Positions 63,832 to 64,000 of a stretch of 64,000 bases of DNA are shown here, in pieces. Within the stretch, counting starts at the first letter, position 1; each line of letters begins with the position of its first letter. The translations under genes and the position numbers were made by a program. The notes beneath the pieces were generated by a model. The model was given only the letters and a program-made list of their open reading frames with translations, searched no databases and was not told the DNA's origin. The stretch comes from a virus. The stretch covers positions 85,225 through 149,224 of the IMG/VR virus record IMGVR_UViG_3300018080_000110; one strand, 5' to 3'.

Positions 63832-64000
63832 TCAGGGAGGAAGAGCTCTCGAAAGATCGCATCTCCGGTACCAATTCCGCAGAAGCAGAGGAGCTAAAGT
63901 GGTGGGTTCTCCACTACATCGATCAAAAGAAGCTGGTCACAGCTGATGATATCTACAAGGACAGCGAATGTGGGGACATCGCCATGTACCTCGCCCTGCA
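63828..64000 (+). CDS. Hypothetical protein (3'-truncated by window edge)
   Basis: ATGA coupling; frame open to the end (MIREEELSKDRISG...). Confidence 0.55.
   Translation, partial: MIREEELSKDRISGTNSAEAEELKWWVLHYIDQKKLVTADDIYKDSECGDIAMYLAL

Overview
The window is a segment of a large tailed phage genome, probably a contractile-tailed jumbo-type phage of a Gram-negative host (inferred from spanin-like and MshEN-like genes). It has four blocks. (1) 1-14.9 kb, + strand: replication/recombination operon with family-4 uracil-DNA glycosylase, DUF932-like protein, Hfq/Sm-like protein, DnaB helicase, DnaG primase, SSB, family A DNA polymerase split by a 298-nt ORF-less group I intron, RecA, Hjc-like and RusA-like resolvases and a Cas4-like nuclease. 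(2) About 14.97-15.52 kb: a ~550-nt region with no credible gene that folds by eye into an end-to-end paired RNA with about five pseudoknots; this is the best candidate for an undescribed element. (3) 15.6-60 kb, - strand: virion/lysis cluster with tape measure, hub, baseplate, Ig/PKD and repeat fibres, a beta-helix tailspike, a GT4 glycosyltransferase, a sigma70-family factor, holin/spanin-like genes, a standalone MshEN-like protein, and five unrelated proteins sharing an F(F/Y/A)DE(L/M)x(K/R/Q)(I/V) peptide tag. (4) 60-64 kb: small accessory genes including a DenV-like glycosylase. Recurrent cis motifs are GG(G/T)ATAAG upstream of transcription units and TTAGCT after terminators. All calls come from manual motif and base-pair reading; no database search or folding program was run.
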